A stretch of DNA of 63,652 nt, the filler included, from Nemertoderma westbladi (lineage: Eukaryota; Animalia; Xenacoelomorpha), in the NCBI GenBank assembly GCA_032718475.1. It is 4 parts of 4 records of this genome, joined end to end, with 100 filler letters (N's around TTAATTAATTAA, not from the genome) between each part and the next. Parts side by side here need not be neighbours in the genome. Positions count along the whole stretch, not along the records: positions 1 to 19,014 come from JAUCBJ010003690.1; 3 more parts are not named here. The stretch is one strand, 5' to 3'. The notes under the pieces were generated by a model that was given only the letters and a program-made list of their open reading frames with translations, searched no databases and was not told the origin of the DNA. Both the position numbers and the translations under genes were made by a program. This document shows, one piece after another, positions 1-12,800 of this stretch (its first letter is position 1; each line of letters opens with the position of its first letter).

Positions 1-829
1 AACTTAACCCTACAGTATCTTAATTGTTTAGAATGAACATTATATGGTTTGTCGAACAGACGTAGCGCACTTTATAGTCTTTTATACAGTGCCGGGTACC
101 TCTGTGGGGGACATAATTCTACTAATCAGTGAATCAGTGACGTTTGTACCTCGTGATTCCTCGATAGCGGTTGCCGGGACTGAGGATGGACTTTGGAGAA
201 CGTGGTTTAGATTTAACTACAAACCTGAATCAATTAGGTTCCAACTTGCTGCAGTCTGCTCCTAATAATCCAACATACCCCCCCCCCCCCCCCCCCCCAG
301 ACCTGGTTTATGTACGATACGCTGATATTATACCAGAGATCCTTCCCACCATCAAAGAGGAAAAGAATCCCCTGCGGAAACATCAAAGGTGTCGTTGTTA
401 TTCTAGAATTTGACTATCAAAAGACTGCTGAATTCCAAATAAGGCTTCCAGCTCTATCCAGAAGGCTCAATAGGAATCTAATGGCAGTGTATCCCAGCTT
501 AATCCCGACTTAACTCTGCTCTATGTAGAGTTCCATAGGCTAATCCAATATCGGCGTATCCAATACTGGCTGAAAATACTTGGACAAACGTTATTATCGA
601 GTCTACAACTCGTAGGAGCACCGCACGGAGGAACGGAAAACTTTAGTTTCATCGCGAATGCGTCGCGGGTAAAAAGAACACATTATGTGTAATGGAACCT
701 AAAAACAAATCACAAGCTGATCCCGATCCGATCTCCACTGGGAATACCGTAAACTAAACAGCTCATCAAGTCTAAGAAAGATTCTTATGAGGAGGCTAAA
801 CGATTGGAACGTGTGGCGGATGCTGAGTC

Positions 830-1270
830 GGATCCGTGGCGACTTTTTAACACTCAGTCGCTCCAATAGCGGGAGACCGATTAGAGGAGCATTTCAGAAA
901 TCTGCTAGGCCATCTAAATAACCCACCAAACTGCCCGGAAATTCCAGAACCGACACCTGCAGAGAGCGCAGAACCGGAGTGGTTGAACAGACCGATAACC
1001 AAAGAGGAGGTGGAGAAAACGGTTCGAAGTGCCCCTAGGAAAGCGGCCAATGGACCCGATATAGAATCTACTATGACCACGTAAAAGAATGCTCCCCTTT
1101 TTACTTAATTTATGTTTAAGTATGGTCAATAATAAACCCTCGGACAGCTGTTGCGAAAGTTTCATAACATTTCTGTATAAAGGGAAAGCTAAACTTACGG
1201 ATTCGGACAATTATAGAGGAATAGCTCTAACTTCAGTTATGCTTCAAATCTTAACCTCAATTTTAAACTG
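830..1270 (+). pseudogene. Degraded non-LTR retrotransposon (LINE) ORF2 fragment: linker and start of RT
   Basis: Translation gives PITKEEVEKTVRSAPRKAANGPD, then after a frameshift FLYKGKAKLTDSDNYRGIALTSV. These match the LINE KA.GPD and NYR.I.L motifs. Confidence 0.75.
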
Positions 1271-1330
1271 TAGTGTAGAATAATACAAATGTTCGAAATA
1301 TAATAAAAGAACAACATTACAGATGGTGGG

Positions 1331-2923
1331 CAGTGCCGGATTAACCTTAAGGCATATAATGCACGTGCCTTAGGGCCAGACGAAAATACGGGCCATTTTT
1401 TCTCAGCGAGTCATTCCTGTTAAAAAAAAAATTTTTATCTGAAAAGTCCACATTTTTTCTCACTAAAATTTCTAGAAAACAGAACAAAAGTGCATCTTTC
1501 GACTACAGCCTATCACTAGATTTGTGGTAGAAATTGCAAAATTCTAGCCAGTCGACCGACAGGGTGCTGTGTTATTAGTTCGAGACCTGATGGCAGGGAA
1601 ATAATAAAACATGGGCAGTAAAACATTAAAGTGCTAATTATGGACAATGGACAATGGAGAATTTAATTTTATTTATTTGTGGCGAATTATTTGTAGTTAC
1701 GTACTTAAAACTTTCTAGAACAACTAAATATTGACGTTTTGACATGCCTGCATACTGGAAATACTGTACATCGTAAATTAAGGTCGTTAATGTACGGCCT
1801 GAAGATGGTAGTGTGAAATTAATTTTTCTCACCAGAAACGAGTTTTATAAATATAGGCCCTAATAGATAAAAAAAAGGATAAATTTGATGTAGATAAAAT
1901 AGTTGTTGATAAAAAAAAACTTGTCAGAAATAACTTCTTTTCACTACTGTAATTTAATTTAATCGAAATTCAGATGTTCTGCCCTCGTGTATTGAATTTT
2001 GCATTCGATGGCATTTTAGGTGCAATTCCTGCAAAACCTAAAACTCTCGGACAGCATAATTAAATTTTAGTAAATTAAAATTAGTGACAAAAAGTGCTTA
2101 TTTCCGAGACTATTATCTTATCGAAGAACATTACTTTCTCAGCAAGTCCAAATCTAGATCAGAAATATTATATCTTTGCACTAAGCCCCACACTTTTGGT
2201 GTGTTATATTTCTCAGCAAGTCCAGTAAAGATACGTACTGTACTACCCTGCGAAACCTACCCTACAGCAAATAAATAACACATTTCCAAGATCCGATCAA
2301 AATTGCTAAATACCTACAGGGACCAGTCAGCTTTAAGGGGGTCCAAGTATAACCCCCACAGAAATGAAACTTTCGAAAATATACACAATTTTTTGTGGTT
2401 TGAAAGAAGGGCTTTCATAAAAGGTGATATTGGTTTTCAACATTGAATTATTTTTTGACCTCAAAACGGCTCTTTTCAACAACATAATAATTATTGCTTA
2501 TATTTATGCCTCTCTGTATAAAACAACCTTTTTATCAGTTTGTCGATTTTGACTTTTTTCATCACTAAATTCCCTACTACTTTTTTATTTTTTACTCAAT
2601 TTCCATTAAACATATACAAAATGTTTAGCATATTTAGGGCTACAATCGTGAATATTGGTTTGTAAAACATGTCCATTTGGATCTTCTAGAACCGATTTTG
2701 TAACTGCTACACTTTGTCTATCACAAAATAGTACTTAGTACTTATTTACACACAGTCATCCAACGAAAATACTTTATATTTCCTTTGCAACATTTTCACA
2801 ATTTCAGTTGTTTTTATCAGCTTTTTCTTTTGAAAGGGTTTGCGGAAAAATATCAATTTTCGGGCCATTTGTGGAAATTACTAAAATGTGCCTTAGGGCC
2901 ACCAGAGGCTTAATCCAGCACTG
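1331..2923. mobile_element. Non-autonomous hAT-type DNA transposon, 1593 bp
   Basis: 14-bp TIRs CAGTGCCGGATTAA (1331-1344) / TTAATCCAGCACTG (2910-2923), 1 mismatch. Perfect 8-bp TSD ATGGTGGG at 1323-1330 and 2924-2931. GTGCCTTAGGGCCA occurs near both ends. No transposase ORF. Confidence 0.88.
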
Positions 2924-2984
2924 ATGGTGGGACCAATTATGTAGGACCTATATGTTAATTGAGTGTTTATTATAATAATAAATG

Positions 2985-3914
2985 AGGACGGCGGGGTAGC
3001 TCTGTTGGTGCAGCCAGTTTTCTAGTATGCTATGCTAAGTTTCAGCTTAAACGGATTAAAGTCAGGTAAATGGTGGAAGGTTTTCACTTTCATAAATATC
3101 GCCCTCTCACGGCAGTTTGGAGAACTGAAGACTGATCACCTTCATAAATATGCAATATGTGGTAATAGTACATACAGTATGTGTCAAGATTCAGCTAAAA
3201 CTGATAAAAATCACGGAAATGGGAGAAGGTTTTCACTGCAGACAGAAGAACTGCAGATTAATCATCTTCCTCAAAAAACGCAGCATGTGGTCTGGTAAAT
3301 ATTCCAAGGTTCAGCTTAAAAAAACAGATTAAGATCAATGAAATGGAGAAGGTTTTTTTAACATTAATACATTTCGCCCCCAATCGGCAAACTGGAGAAC
3401 TGCAGACCGATTGCCGACCCCACACGGGATGTGTTCTACAGTAGTAGCACATATCTGATAAATGGATGGTTCACAACGGGTCAATGATTTCACTTTCAGA
3501 TATTTTCGCCCTCTAGCGGCTGACTAGAGCAGTGCAGACAGATTTGCGTCTTTTGAATATCACAGCTAATGTTATAGTACAAGTCTACCAAGTTTTAGAT
3601 TCAACGGATTAAAAGCAAAGAAATGGGAGAACATTTAATGTTTAGACATGTACCGCTCTAGCGGGAAGCTGTTGATGGTGTCTGGAGACTGGAGGTCTCT
3701 AATCAAAAGTATTTTGGTCTTGTTGATGCCTACAAATTTTCAACTCGACAGCTTTTAGCTTTACATCTGACAAATTTATTATTACCATGTCGAAATGGTA
3801 ACGTCAACGACGACAACAATCCGAAATGATGACAATAACTATTTCCTGTTATTGACCCACCCCCTTAACCTGTGTCAGTTCGACAATGTTCAGGCAACTT
3901 CGTGGCTCGCCCCA
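2985..3914 (+). mobile_element. Interspersed repeat, probably Helentron/HINE-like non-autonomous element
   Basis: Internal diverged repeats (AAGTTTCAGCTTAAACGGATTAA-like blocks). 3640-3885 is homologous to the reverse complement of 37350-38330. The terminal motif CGTGGCTCGCCCC recurs near 50490. The class assignment is inference. Confidence 0.45.
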
Positions 3915-4150
3915 CAACACAATATTTAATATTAATGTTTTATTTTATTACACATACATACATACTGTATTATTAATTAATTGTCTTTTATCTGACTATG
4001 ATTTTTCTGCCCATTGACTGCAAACCGTAACTGCAAACTCTGTAGGCCTACCAGCCTACCGGTTCTGTACGCTGACACTGTTGTACCAGCTTCAGAGCTT
4101 ACTGTTCTGTTGCTGTCCTGTAGTATTATTATTGCATTACATAAGAAAAC

Positions 4151-6237
4151 ATGCCTCCAAAAAAGAAGGAAGAGAAGGGACCTCCTACATTAATTGGTCG
4201 GTTGGGGACGCAACTAAAGATCGGTATCGTTGGACTTCCGAATGTCGGGAAGTCCACGTTCTTCAACGTGTTGACGAAGAGCCAGATCCCCGCCGAGAAC
4301 TACCCCTTCTGTACGGTGGACCCCAACGAGAGCCGGGTGCCGGTACCCGACGAGAGGTACGAGTTCCTTTGCGACCACCATAAACCGGCGAGTAGAGTTC
4401 CCGCATTCCTTAACGTGGTTGATATCGCCGGTCTGGTGAAGGGCGCACATGAGGGTCAGGGACTAGGAAACGCTTTCCTCTCTCACATACACGGCTGTGA
4501 CGCTGTGTTCCATATGACGCGAGCGTTTGAAGGTGAGTCCATCTTAAATCGTAGTTTATTTTATACCATTGTACTGTTATAGGCTACTGCTGTACTGCCT
4601 ACCGGCACCGGCTCAGTTCAGCGGTACTTCTTGTACCGGTACCGTACAGCGTACAGGTAGCGGTACCTGAAATACCTACCAATCATGCACAGCACAACTA
4701 AACCCAGTGCTCAGTGCATGCATACTTTAAACTTTAAATGTCCGGTATATATTTTACGTAGGTTGTAGGTTATGTTGAGTTTGCTAGGACAAATGTACGA
4801 ATGGACATGCAGGTCAGATAGCATAATTTTGGCATACAATATTATTATATATTAGTAGGTAATACTATTATTTTGGTTGTAGACAGATTTGCTATAGTTA
4901 TATTGCCCCGGTCGCAGTCACTCTAGTTTTCTTGCGCACTACACATACGGTCACTCTTATTATTTCTCATGATATATTGTGGACAGCACAAAAATCGACT
5001 TCTATTTTTTGTGAAAGAATCCCACTACCCTATAAAGTTCAAGTAGTATACATAAAGCGATAAGAACTTCCTTTTCCTCATCTATCAAAAATTATACCGG
5101 TAATGAAGCAATGTGTGTACTCATTAGTCGTATTTTACCATGTAGACGCTGACGTCACTCATGTTGAGGGCGAGGTCGACCCTATCAGAGACATGGAGAT
5201 AATTCACGAAGAACTCCGCAAGAAAGACGAGGAGCACATAACGAAGAGACTGGCCGAATCGGAGAAGAAGTGTTTGCGGGGCGGAGACCGGAGTATGAAA
5301 CCGGAGCTCGATTCACTTAAAAAGGTAGTTAATACAATACAAACGCACTTAATTAATTAATTTTTTTTTTAATTAACATGTTAATTCGCTTTGGTAAAAT
5401 TGTTGAAATTTTAATTGTTTTATTAATTATTTTTTATGTTTTATTTCTTGTTTATTTTAGATCAAGGAAACTCTATCAGAAGAATGTCAACCCATTCGGT
5501 TCAGACGAGATTGGTCAGCCCACGACATCGAAATACTCAACAAACATCTCCTACTCACTTCCAAACCGATGATCTATTTGATCAATCTAACCAAGAAGGA
5601 TTACATCCGAAAGAAGAATAAATGGCTGATGAAGATAAAGGAGTGGATCAGTGCGAATGATCCATACGCATTGGTTATTCCATTCAGCGCTGGTTTGGAA
5701 ATGGAGTTGATGGATATGGGAGGTTCGTAGGGGTTCGGTATCATTAATTAATAACGACTGCATAAGTTGTCATCCTTCATATTTATATTACAATCACATA
5801 GTATTTAGCAGCTGTTAGTTTCATAGTATTCTTACTTTACTTTCCAATTTGTTTTATTTTCAGACGAAGAGAAAGAAAAATATCTTGAAGAAAATAAAAT
5901 CACTCCGATTTTAGATAAAATAATAAGTTCAGGATTTAAAACTCTAAACCTGCAATACTTCTTTACGGCAGGGCCAGACGAGGTGAGGGCATGGCCCGTG
6001 CAGAAAGGAGCCAAAGCCCCTAACGCAGCAGGCAAGGTACACTCCGACATGGAGAAGGGCTTTATTATGGCCGAGGTCATGAAATACTCAGATTTTAAGG
6101 AGGAAGGCAGCGAGGCCAATTGCAAGTCCGCTGGAAAGTACCGACAACAAGGGAGAAACTATGTTGTGGAGGACGGCGATATAATGTTGTTTAAATTTAA
6201 TGCTGGCGCTGGTTTAACGGCGGGTAAAAAGAAGTGA
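4151..6237 (+). CDS. OLA1: Obg-like ATPase 1 (YchF/OLA1), 4 exons: 4151-4532, 5146-5324, 5461-5722, 5864-6237; 398 aa
   Basis: P-loop [58 protein letters not shown] and the C-terminal TGS-type [14 protein letters not shown]. Three GT-AG introns join in phase (1197 nt including stop). Confidence 0.97.
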
Positions 6238-7461
6238 AATATTGTTTATTCTATTCAATTTAGGTTGAACCAATTTATTCATGGTTCTTATAGATATTCA
6301 TGGTTTGTGTGCTATCTACTTGTCTAGGTTGTTATATTATTGCCGAGGGAGATTTTAAAATTTTGTTTTCTAACATCGATTATAATAATAATAATTTGCA
6401 ATGTAGTAGTTTATTCAATGAAGATAACTCTTAGTTTTAAAGCATTTTTGCGATATTTTCGATTACATATGTTTCATGTTTCTTAAAGGTTATTATTTTT
6501 CGACTTTTCTTTTAATGAGTGAGATTTTTTTGTGGGGGATTCGGGTAGGCATGAACAAGAGCACATGAATCCTAATTAAATCTATCAATTAGTACAGTAC
6601 TAACCCAAGGCATGTTAAGTCTTTGTTAATTTCGCAAGATGATACATTTTTCGTGTGAGCAGGATCTCCACCTGGAGAGATCTAACGTGACCATATTCTC
6701 TAGCGAATAAATATCGGCATTAAGTAGCTGTAGTACTAAGTGTTCTGTACATAATGGTGTACCTTGGGGGGCCATTGCTAACGAAGCCATGGAATGAGTT
6801 CCGTTACTGGTGGTGTGTATTTTAAGTAATTAATATTAAGCTAATTAAACATGTTTGTCATTATTATTATTGATTCAAATATACTTCCATCAATCTGACA
6901 AAATGATGTTTTATTTCATTATTTAACCAAAGTGTTCAATAAAACTACACCAATTGATTAGTATATAGGACTGTGTGGCTAATAGTGGTGAGGTCATCGC
7001 GCTGCAATGCAGTTGCAAAGTGGGAGCGGCTAGTGTCAAATTGAAAAAAATATATTTCAAGTTAACAATAACCATTGATAGTTACCCATAATTTAGGAAA
7101 AACTGGTATTGGTACACCATGCCGTGTTTTATACAGTATTAATTTACTTGAGGACGTATAAACACATAGATAGACACGATATCGACGTCGTCCAACATTT
7201 AGGCAAAAATTTAGTGCGAAGTTGGCTCTGGCTGACTACATTTCGCTAGTGAAAGTAAATTTTAGAATGTTTTGTAAATAAATTGTTGGTCACAGATGCA
7301 AGAAATGTAACTTTAGAAATCTCATCATAAACACATCACAAAAATTGAAAAAGCTGGTGGTGCAACGGGTTTAATTTTGATTTTTCCCAAGCTTTAATCA
7401 AAAGTTTCAGTAACCTTCGACTCACGCTGTTTTCATTCATATGTGTTTTGGATTCATACAG

Positions 7462-8780
7462 CATAGCCCCTCATTTGGTTACTAACCAATCATACTGTCA
7501 GTGCATTGTGATGGACTCTGAGCGGACTTCCGTAGATATTGTAGAGGTTGTTGTGACTGTCTACCAGCCCTACATGAAGGGGCCTGTTTTAGGGAAGCGT
7601 ACCGATCGAGAAGAGAAATTGTAAGCATCGTGAAAGATATTAATTAGTAACAATATTTAAGAGTTACAATATTAAAATATTTAATATCAATCACTTAAGA
7701 TAATATCTCGCATTTAGGTCTAACATAATTATTTATATCACAGAAGTACAATATCAGCGCACATCAATTAATCTCACAGAATGTGAAGATGCCAGTAGCC
7801 CAGGTTCTATCTATCACTATAATGAGTGACTTTATGAATGAAACAAACCCTGATATATAGTTAGACCACCAATATCATATCAATATATAATCAAATCACA
7901 ATACACTGACTGAACAGCTGAACCATTGGGTGCACAAACCTCTCAAAATATAAATCCCTCTTGTAGGCCCCTAATACCTGGGCTGAATTTATTTATAATA
8001 ATTTAGTATTACTGTGGCGTTCATTTCGCATTTTTCGTTTGCCCTTTTTATGTTTTGTACCACAATGCCTCACCGGAACTCCCAGTGGAGTTTAGCCAAC
8101 GTGGAGTTTCGTGTGGGAAAAGTATCAATTCAAGTAACAAGCTATTCTATCGCCAAAATAATTCATCCCCTTCAACCGAAATATTACAAATAAAACAGCA
8201 CAATACGCCGCTCATCTATCGCTTAGCAGTAGAATATGATTGGCGGTGCTACATAAAACAATAAAACAAAAAGGCGTTCTAGACAAAATATAGTTCAAGG
8301 CGTTTAGCGTACTAAAATATTTTCCGTAAATTAATTGTAAAATATTATCGCATGAAATGTCACAGCGTTCAATATAATTTCTGACGGTTTATACATTACA
8401 AAGCTTAATATTGTTTTATTTTCCCAAATAGATTAATGAAGGAACTTATTGAAGAACGATTGATGCGACGCCAATTGGAACTATCGCTGCGCTCGCGTGT
8501 CCCGCCTATCGAGCAACTGGAGAACTGGTCTCTGGAACCCACGTCGGTCTGTCCAATCGGATTGGAGGACCAACCGTCCCCCATGCTGCCCGACCTCTCT
8601 GGTATCCGTGGCCACACCTACCATTCCTACGAGTACGCTGCCAATCATCAGCGGCGTCGGCAGCAGCAAGTTCGACCATTCAGTTACCATGGGAACGAGT
8701 CTTTGGATATTGCGGATACGGTAATAAGGGTGGAAGACGATGTAAACGGGGTAGGTTCAAATGACGAGAATAACAGATGA
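7462..8780 (+). CDS. Candidate spliced orphan gene (exons 7462-7620 and 8432-8780), product unknown
   Basis: Two GC-richer open segments in an AT-rich background. Donor TT|GTAAG at 7620 and acceptor AG|A at 8432 are phase-compatible (...TDREEKL|LMKELIEERLMRRQLEL...). No recognisable domain. Confidence 0.4.
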
Positions 8781-8957
8781 CACTGGAAACTAACGATATA
8801 TAGTACCATCGTATGCCTACTGTAACTGGACTCGGGGGGGGGGGGGGGGGGGGCACTGGAGAATGGCAGTGTATAACTTTGCTTATGAATCTTGGCAAAT
8901 AGATTTGATGCCAGCTCCAGTCAGCGGTTGTCACCGGATAAACTACAAATAAGAGAT

Positions 8958-9266
8958 GGGTATACGGACATTTCGTTCCCGGACTTTTCGTCCAGAAGAA
9001 CTTTTCGACCCGGAATTTATGTTCTGGACTTTTTCACTTTATTTTTTGCGAATTGTAAAGCGTGTTTCGTTGTTACTAATTTATTGTTCATAAACAATGT
9101 TATGGTAGCTAGTGAATTAGTCATTTTCCTTTTGAGACTAAAAGTGAGGGGGAGATGTCCTGGTGAGATATCTGGGAGGAAAAGCCCGGACCAATAGAGC
9201 GGGACGAAAAGTCCGGGACGATGACACCGGGGACGAAAAGTGCCGCGTCAAAGCGTCCTAGATCCC
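8958..9266. mobile_element. MITE with imperfect long inverted termini (Mutator-like by end style)
   Basis: CCCGGACTTTTCGTCC near the left end is inverted relative to GGACGAAAAGTCCGGG near the right end. Termini GGGTATACGGAC / GTCCTAGATCCC, with AGAGAT on both flanks. Confidence 0.5.
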
Positions 9267-9876
9267 GAGAGATTGTATAATATTACTCAATCGAACTGTA
9301 GGTAAGTTTATTACCTCGGGTGATACATCAAGCGACTTTATACATAATTTGACAAGATTTTACAATATTCACAGTAATCTTCGTTGCCTGCTTTTTGTAA
9401 GTCTAATTTTTATGTAAAGACTACAATAGTGTTTTAATTAACAACTTTTTTGTTATACGCCAATCATCGAGTGCAGTATTTTCTCTGTAGCAATATTAGG
9501 TTGGGTCTTAATGCCCACATTCATTCCATAACCAATAGTGATAGTCCTATAAATAATTAGTTATTCAATTATTACATGAAATAATTTAATATTTAGTGTT
9601 AGTAATTAAATTTAATATTATTTTACTATACCTAGCTTTCGCATAATTATGTGCAGTATTATTAATGTAGACCTAGGCTAGATTTAGTTCGGCGAAGTTA
9701 AAAGGTTCATGTTCGAAATGATTGATGCATTGAATGTAGCGCTTAATAATTGTTGCGGAAATGTTTTTACTTCCAGTAAGTATTTCGACGCAGACTGTCT
9801 GTCTATCGGTCTGTCTGACTGTCAGACTGTCTGTCTCGATACGGAAAGTCGCGGTACGGCTACTCGTAAAAGTTTT

Positions 9877-12800
9877 GTTACAGCTACTCACTGCTGCGTT
9901 ACAGCTACTAACTGCTGCGTTAAAACTAATAACTGCTGCGTTACAGTTACTTACTGGTTGCGTTACAGTTACTCACTGGGTGCGTTACAACTACTAACTG
10001 CTGCGTTACAGTTACTTACTGGTTGCGTTACAGTTACTTACTGGTTGCGTTACAGTTACTCACTGGGTGCGTTACAGCTACTCACTGCTGCGTTACAGCT
10101 ACTAACTGGTTGCGTTACAGTTACTTACTGGGTGCGTTACAGCTACTAACTGCTGCGTTACAGTTACTCACTGTTGCGTTACAGCTACTCACTGCTGCGT
10201 TACAGCTACTCACTGCTGCGTTACAGCTACTCACTGCTGCGTTAAAACTACTAACTGCTGCGTTACAGTTACTTACTGGTTGCGTTACAGTTACTCACTG
10301 GGTGCGTTACAGCTACTAACTGCTGCGTTACAGCTACTAACTGCTGCGTTACAGCTACTAACTGCTGCGTTGCAACTACTCACTGCTGCGTTACAGCTAC
10401 TAACTGCTGCGTTAAAACTACTAACTGCTGCGTTACAGTTACTTACTGGTTGCGTTACAGTTACTCACTGGGTGCGTTACAACTACTAACTGCTGCGTTA
10501 CAGTTACTTACTGGTTGCGTTACAGTTACTCACTGGGTGCGTTACAGCTACTCACTGCTGCGTTACAGCTACTAACTGGTTGCGTTACAGTTACTTACTG
10601 GGTGCGTTACAGCTACTAACTGCTGCGTTACAGTTACTCACTGTTGCGTTACAGCTACTCACTGCTGCGTTACAGCTACTCACTGCTGCGTTACAGCTAC
10701 TCACTGCTGCGTTAAAACTACTAACTGCTGCGTTACAGTTACTTACTGGTTGCGTTACAGTTACTCACTGGGTGCGTTACAGCTACTAACTGCTGCGTTA
10801 CAGCTACTAACTGCTGCGTTACAGCTACTAACTGCTGCGTTGCAACTACTCACTGCTGCGTTACAGCTACTAACTGCTGCGTTACAGCTACTAACTGCTG
10901 CGTTGCAACTAGTCACTGCTGCGTTGCAGCTACTAACTGCTGCGTTGCAACTACTAACTGCTGCGTTACAGCTACTAACTGCTGCGTTACAGCTACTAAC
11001 TGCTGCGTTGCAATTACTAACTGCTGCGTTACAGCTACTAACTGCTGCGTTACAGCTACTAACAGCTGCGTTACAGCTGCTAACTGCTGCGTTACAGCTA
11101 CTAACTGCTGCGTTACAGCTACTAACTGCTGCGTTACAGCTACTAACTGCTGCGTTACAGCTACTAACTGCTGCGTTACAGCTACTAACTGCTGCGTTAC
11201 AGCTACTCAGTGCTGCGTTACAGCTACTAACTGCTGCGTTACAGCTACTCACTGTTGCGTTACAGTTACTTACTGGTTGCGTTACAGCTACTCATTGTTG
11301 CGTTACAGCTACTCACTGCTGCGTTACAGCTACTCACTGCTGCGTTACAGCTACTAACTGCTGCGTTACAGCTACTCACTGTTGCGTTACAGTTACTTAC
11401 TGGTTGCGTTACAGCTACTCATTGTTGCGTTACAGCTACTCACTGTTCGTTACAGAAACTTACTGGTTGCGTTACAGTTACTTACTGGTTGCGTTACAGC
11501 TACTAACTGCTGCGTTACAGCTACTCACTGTTGCGTTACATCTACTCACTGCTGCTTCCAGCTACTCACTGTTGCGTTACATATACTCACTGCTGCGTTC
11601 CAGCTACTCACTGTTGCGTTACATCTACTCACTGTTGCGTTACAGCTACTCACTGTTGCGTTACAGCTACTCACTGTTGCGTTACAGTTACTCACTGTTG
11701 CGTTACAGCTACTCACTGCTGCGTTACATCTACTCACTGTTGCGTTACATCTACTCACTTTTGCGTTACATCAACTCACTGCTGCGTTACAGCTACTCAC
11801 TGTTGCGTTACAGCTACTCACTGTTGCGTTACAGCTACTCACTGTTGCGTTACAGCTACTCACTGTTGCGTTACAGCTACTCACTGTTGCGTTACAGCTA
11901 CTCACTGTTGCGTTACAGCTACTCACTGTTGCGTTACATCTACTCACTGTTGCGTTACATCTACTCACTGCTGCGTTACAGCTACTCACTGGGTGCGTTA
12001 CAGCTACTCACTGTTGCGTTACAGCTACTCACTGCTGCGTTACATCCACTCACTGTTGCGTTACATCTACTCACTGCTGCGTTACAGTTACTTACTGGTT
12101 GCGTACAGCTACTCACTGTTGCGTTACAGCTACTCACTGTTGCGTTACGGCTAGTCACTGTTGCGTTACATCTACTCACTGTTGCGTTACAGCTACTCAC
12201 TGTTGCGTTTCAGCTACTCACTGTTGCGTTACAGCTACTCACTGTTGCGTTACAGCTACTCACTGCTGCGTTACATCTACTCACTGTTGCGTTACATCTA
12301 CTCACTGCTGCGTTACAGCTACTAACTGCTGCGTTACAGCTACTAACTGCTGCGTTACAGCTACTAACTGCTGCGTTACAGCTACTCACTGTTGCGTTAC
12401 AGTTACTTACTGGTTGCGTTACAGCTACTCATTGTTGCGTTACAGCTACTCACTGTTCGTTACAGAAACTTACTGGTTGCGTTACAGTTACTTACTGGTT
12501 GCGTTACAGCTACTAACTGCTGCGTTACAGCTACTCACTGTTGCGTTACATCTACTCACTGCTGCTTCCACCTACTCACTGTTGCGTTACATCTACTCAC
12601 TGCTGCGTTCCAGCTACTCACTGTTGCGTTACATCTACTCACTGTTGCGTTACAGCTACCCACTGTTGCGTTACAGCTACTCACTGTTGCGTTACAGTTA
12701 CTCACTGTTGCGTTACAGCTACTCACTGCTGCGTTACATCTACTCACTGTTGCGTTACATCTACTCACTTTTGCGTTACATCAACTCACTGCTGCGTTAC

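Noticed and set aside
171-413. Poly-proline ORF
   Set aside because: The prolines come from a C homopolymer in degraded sequence.
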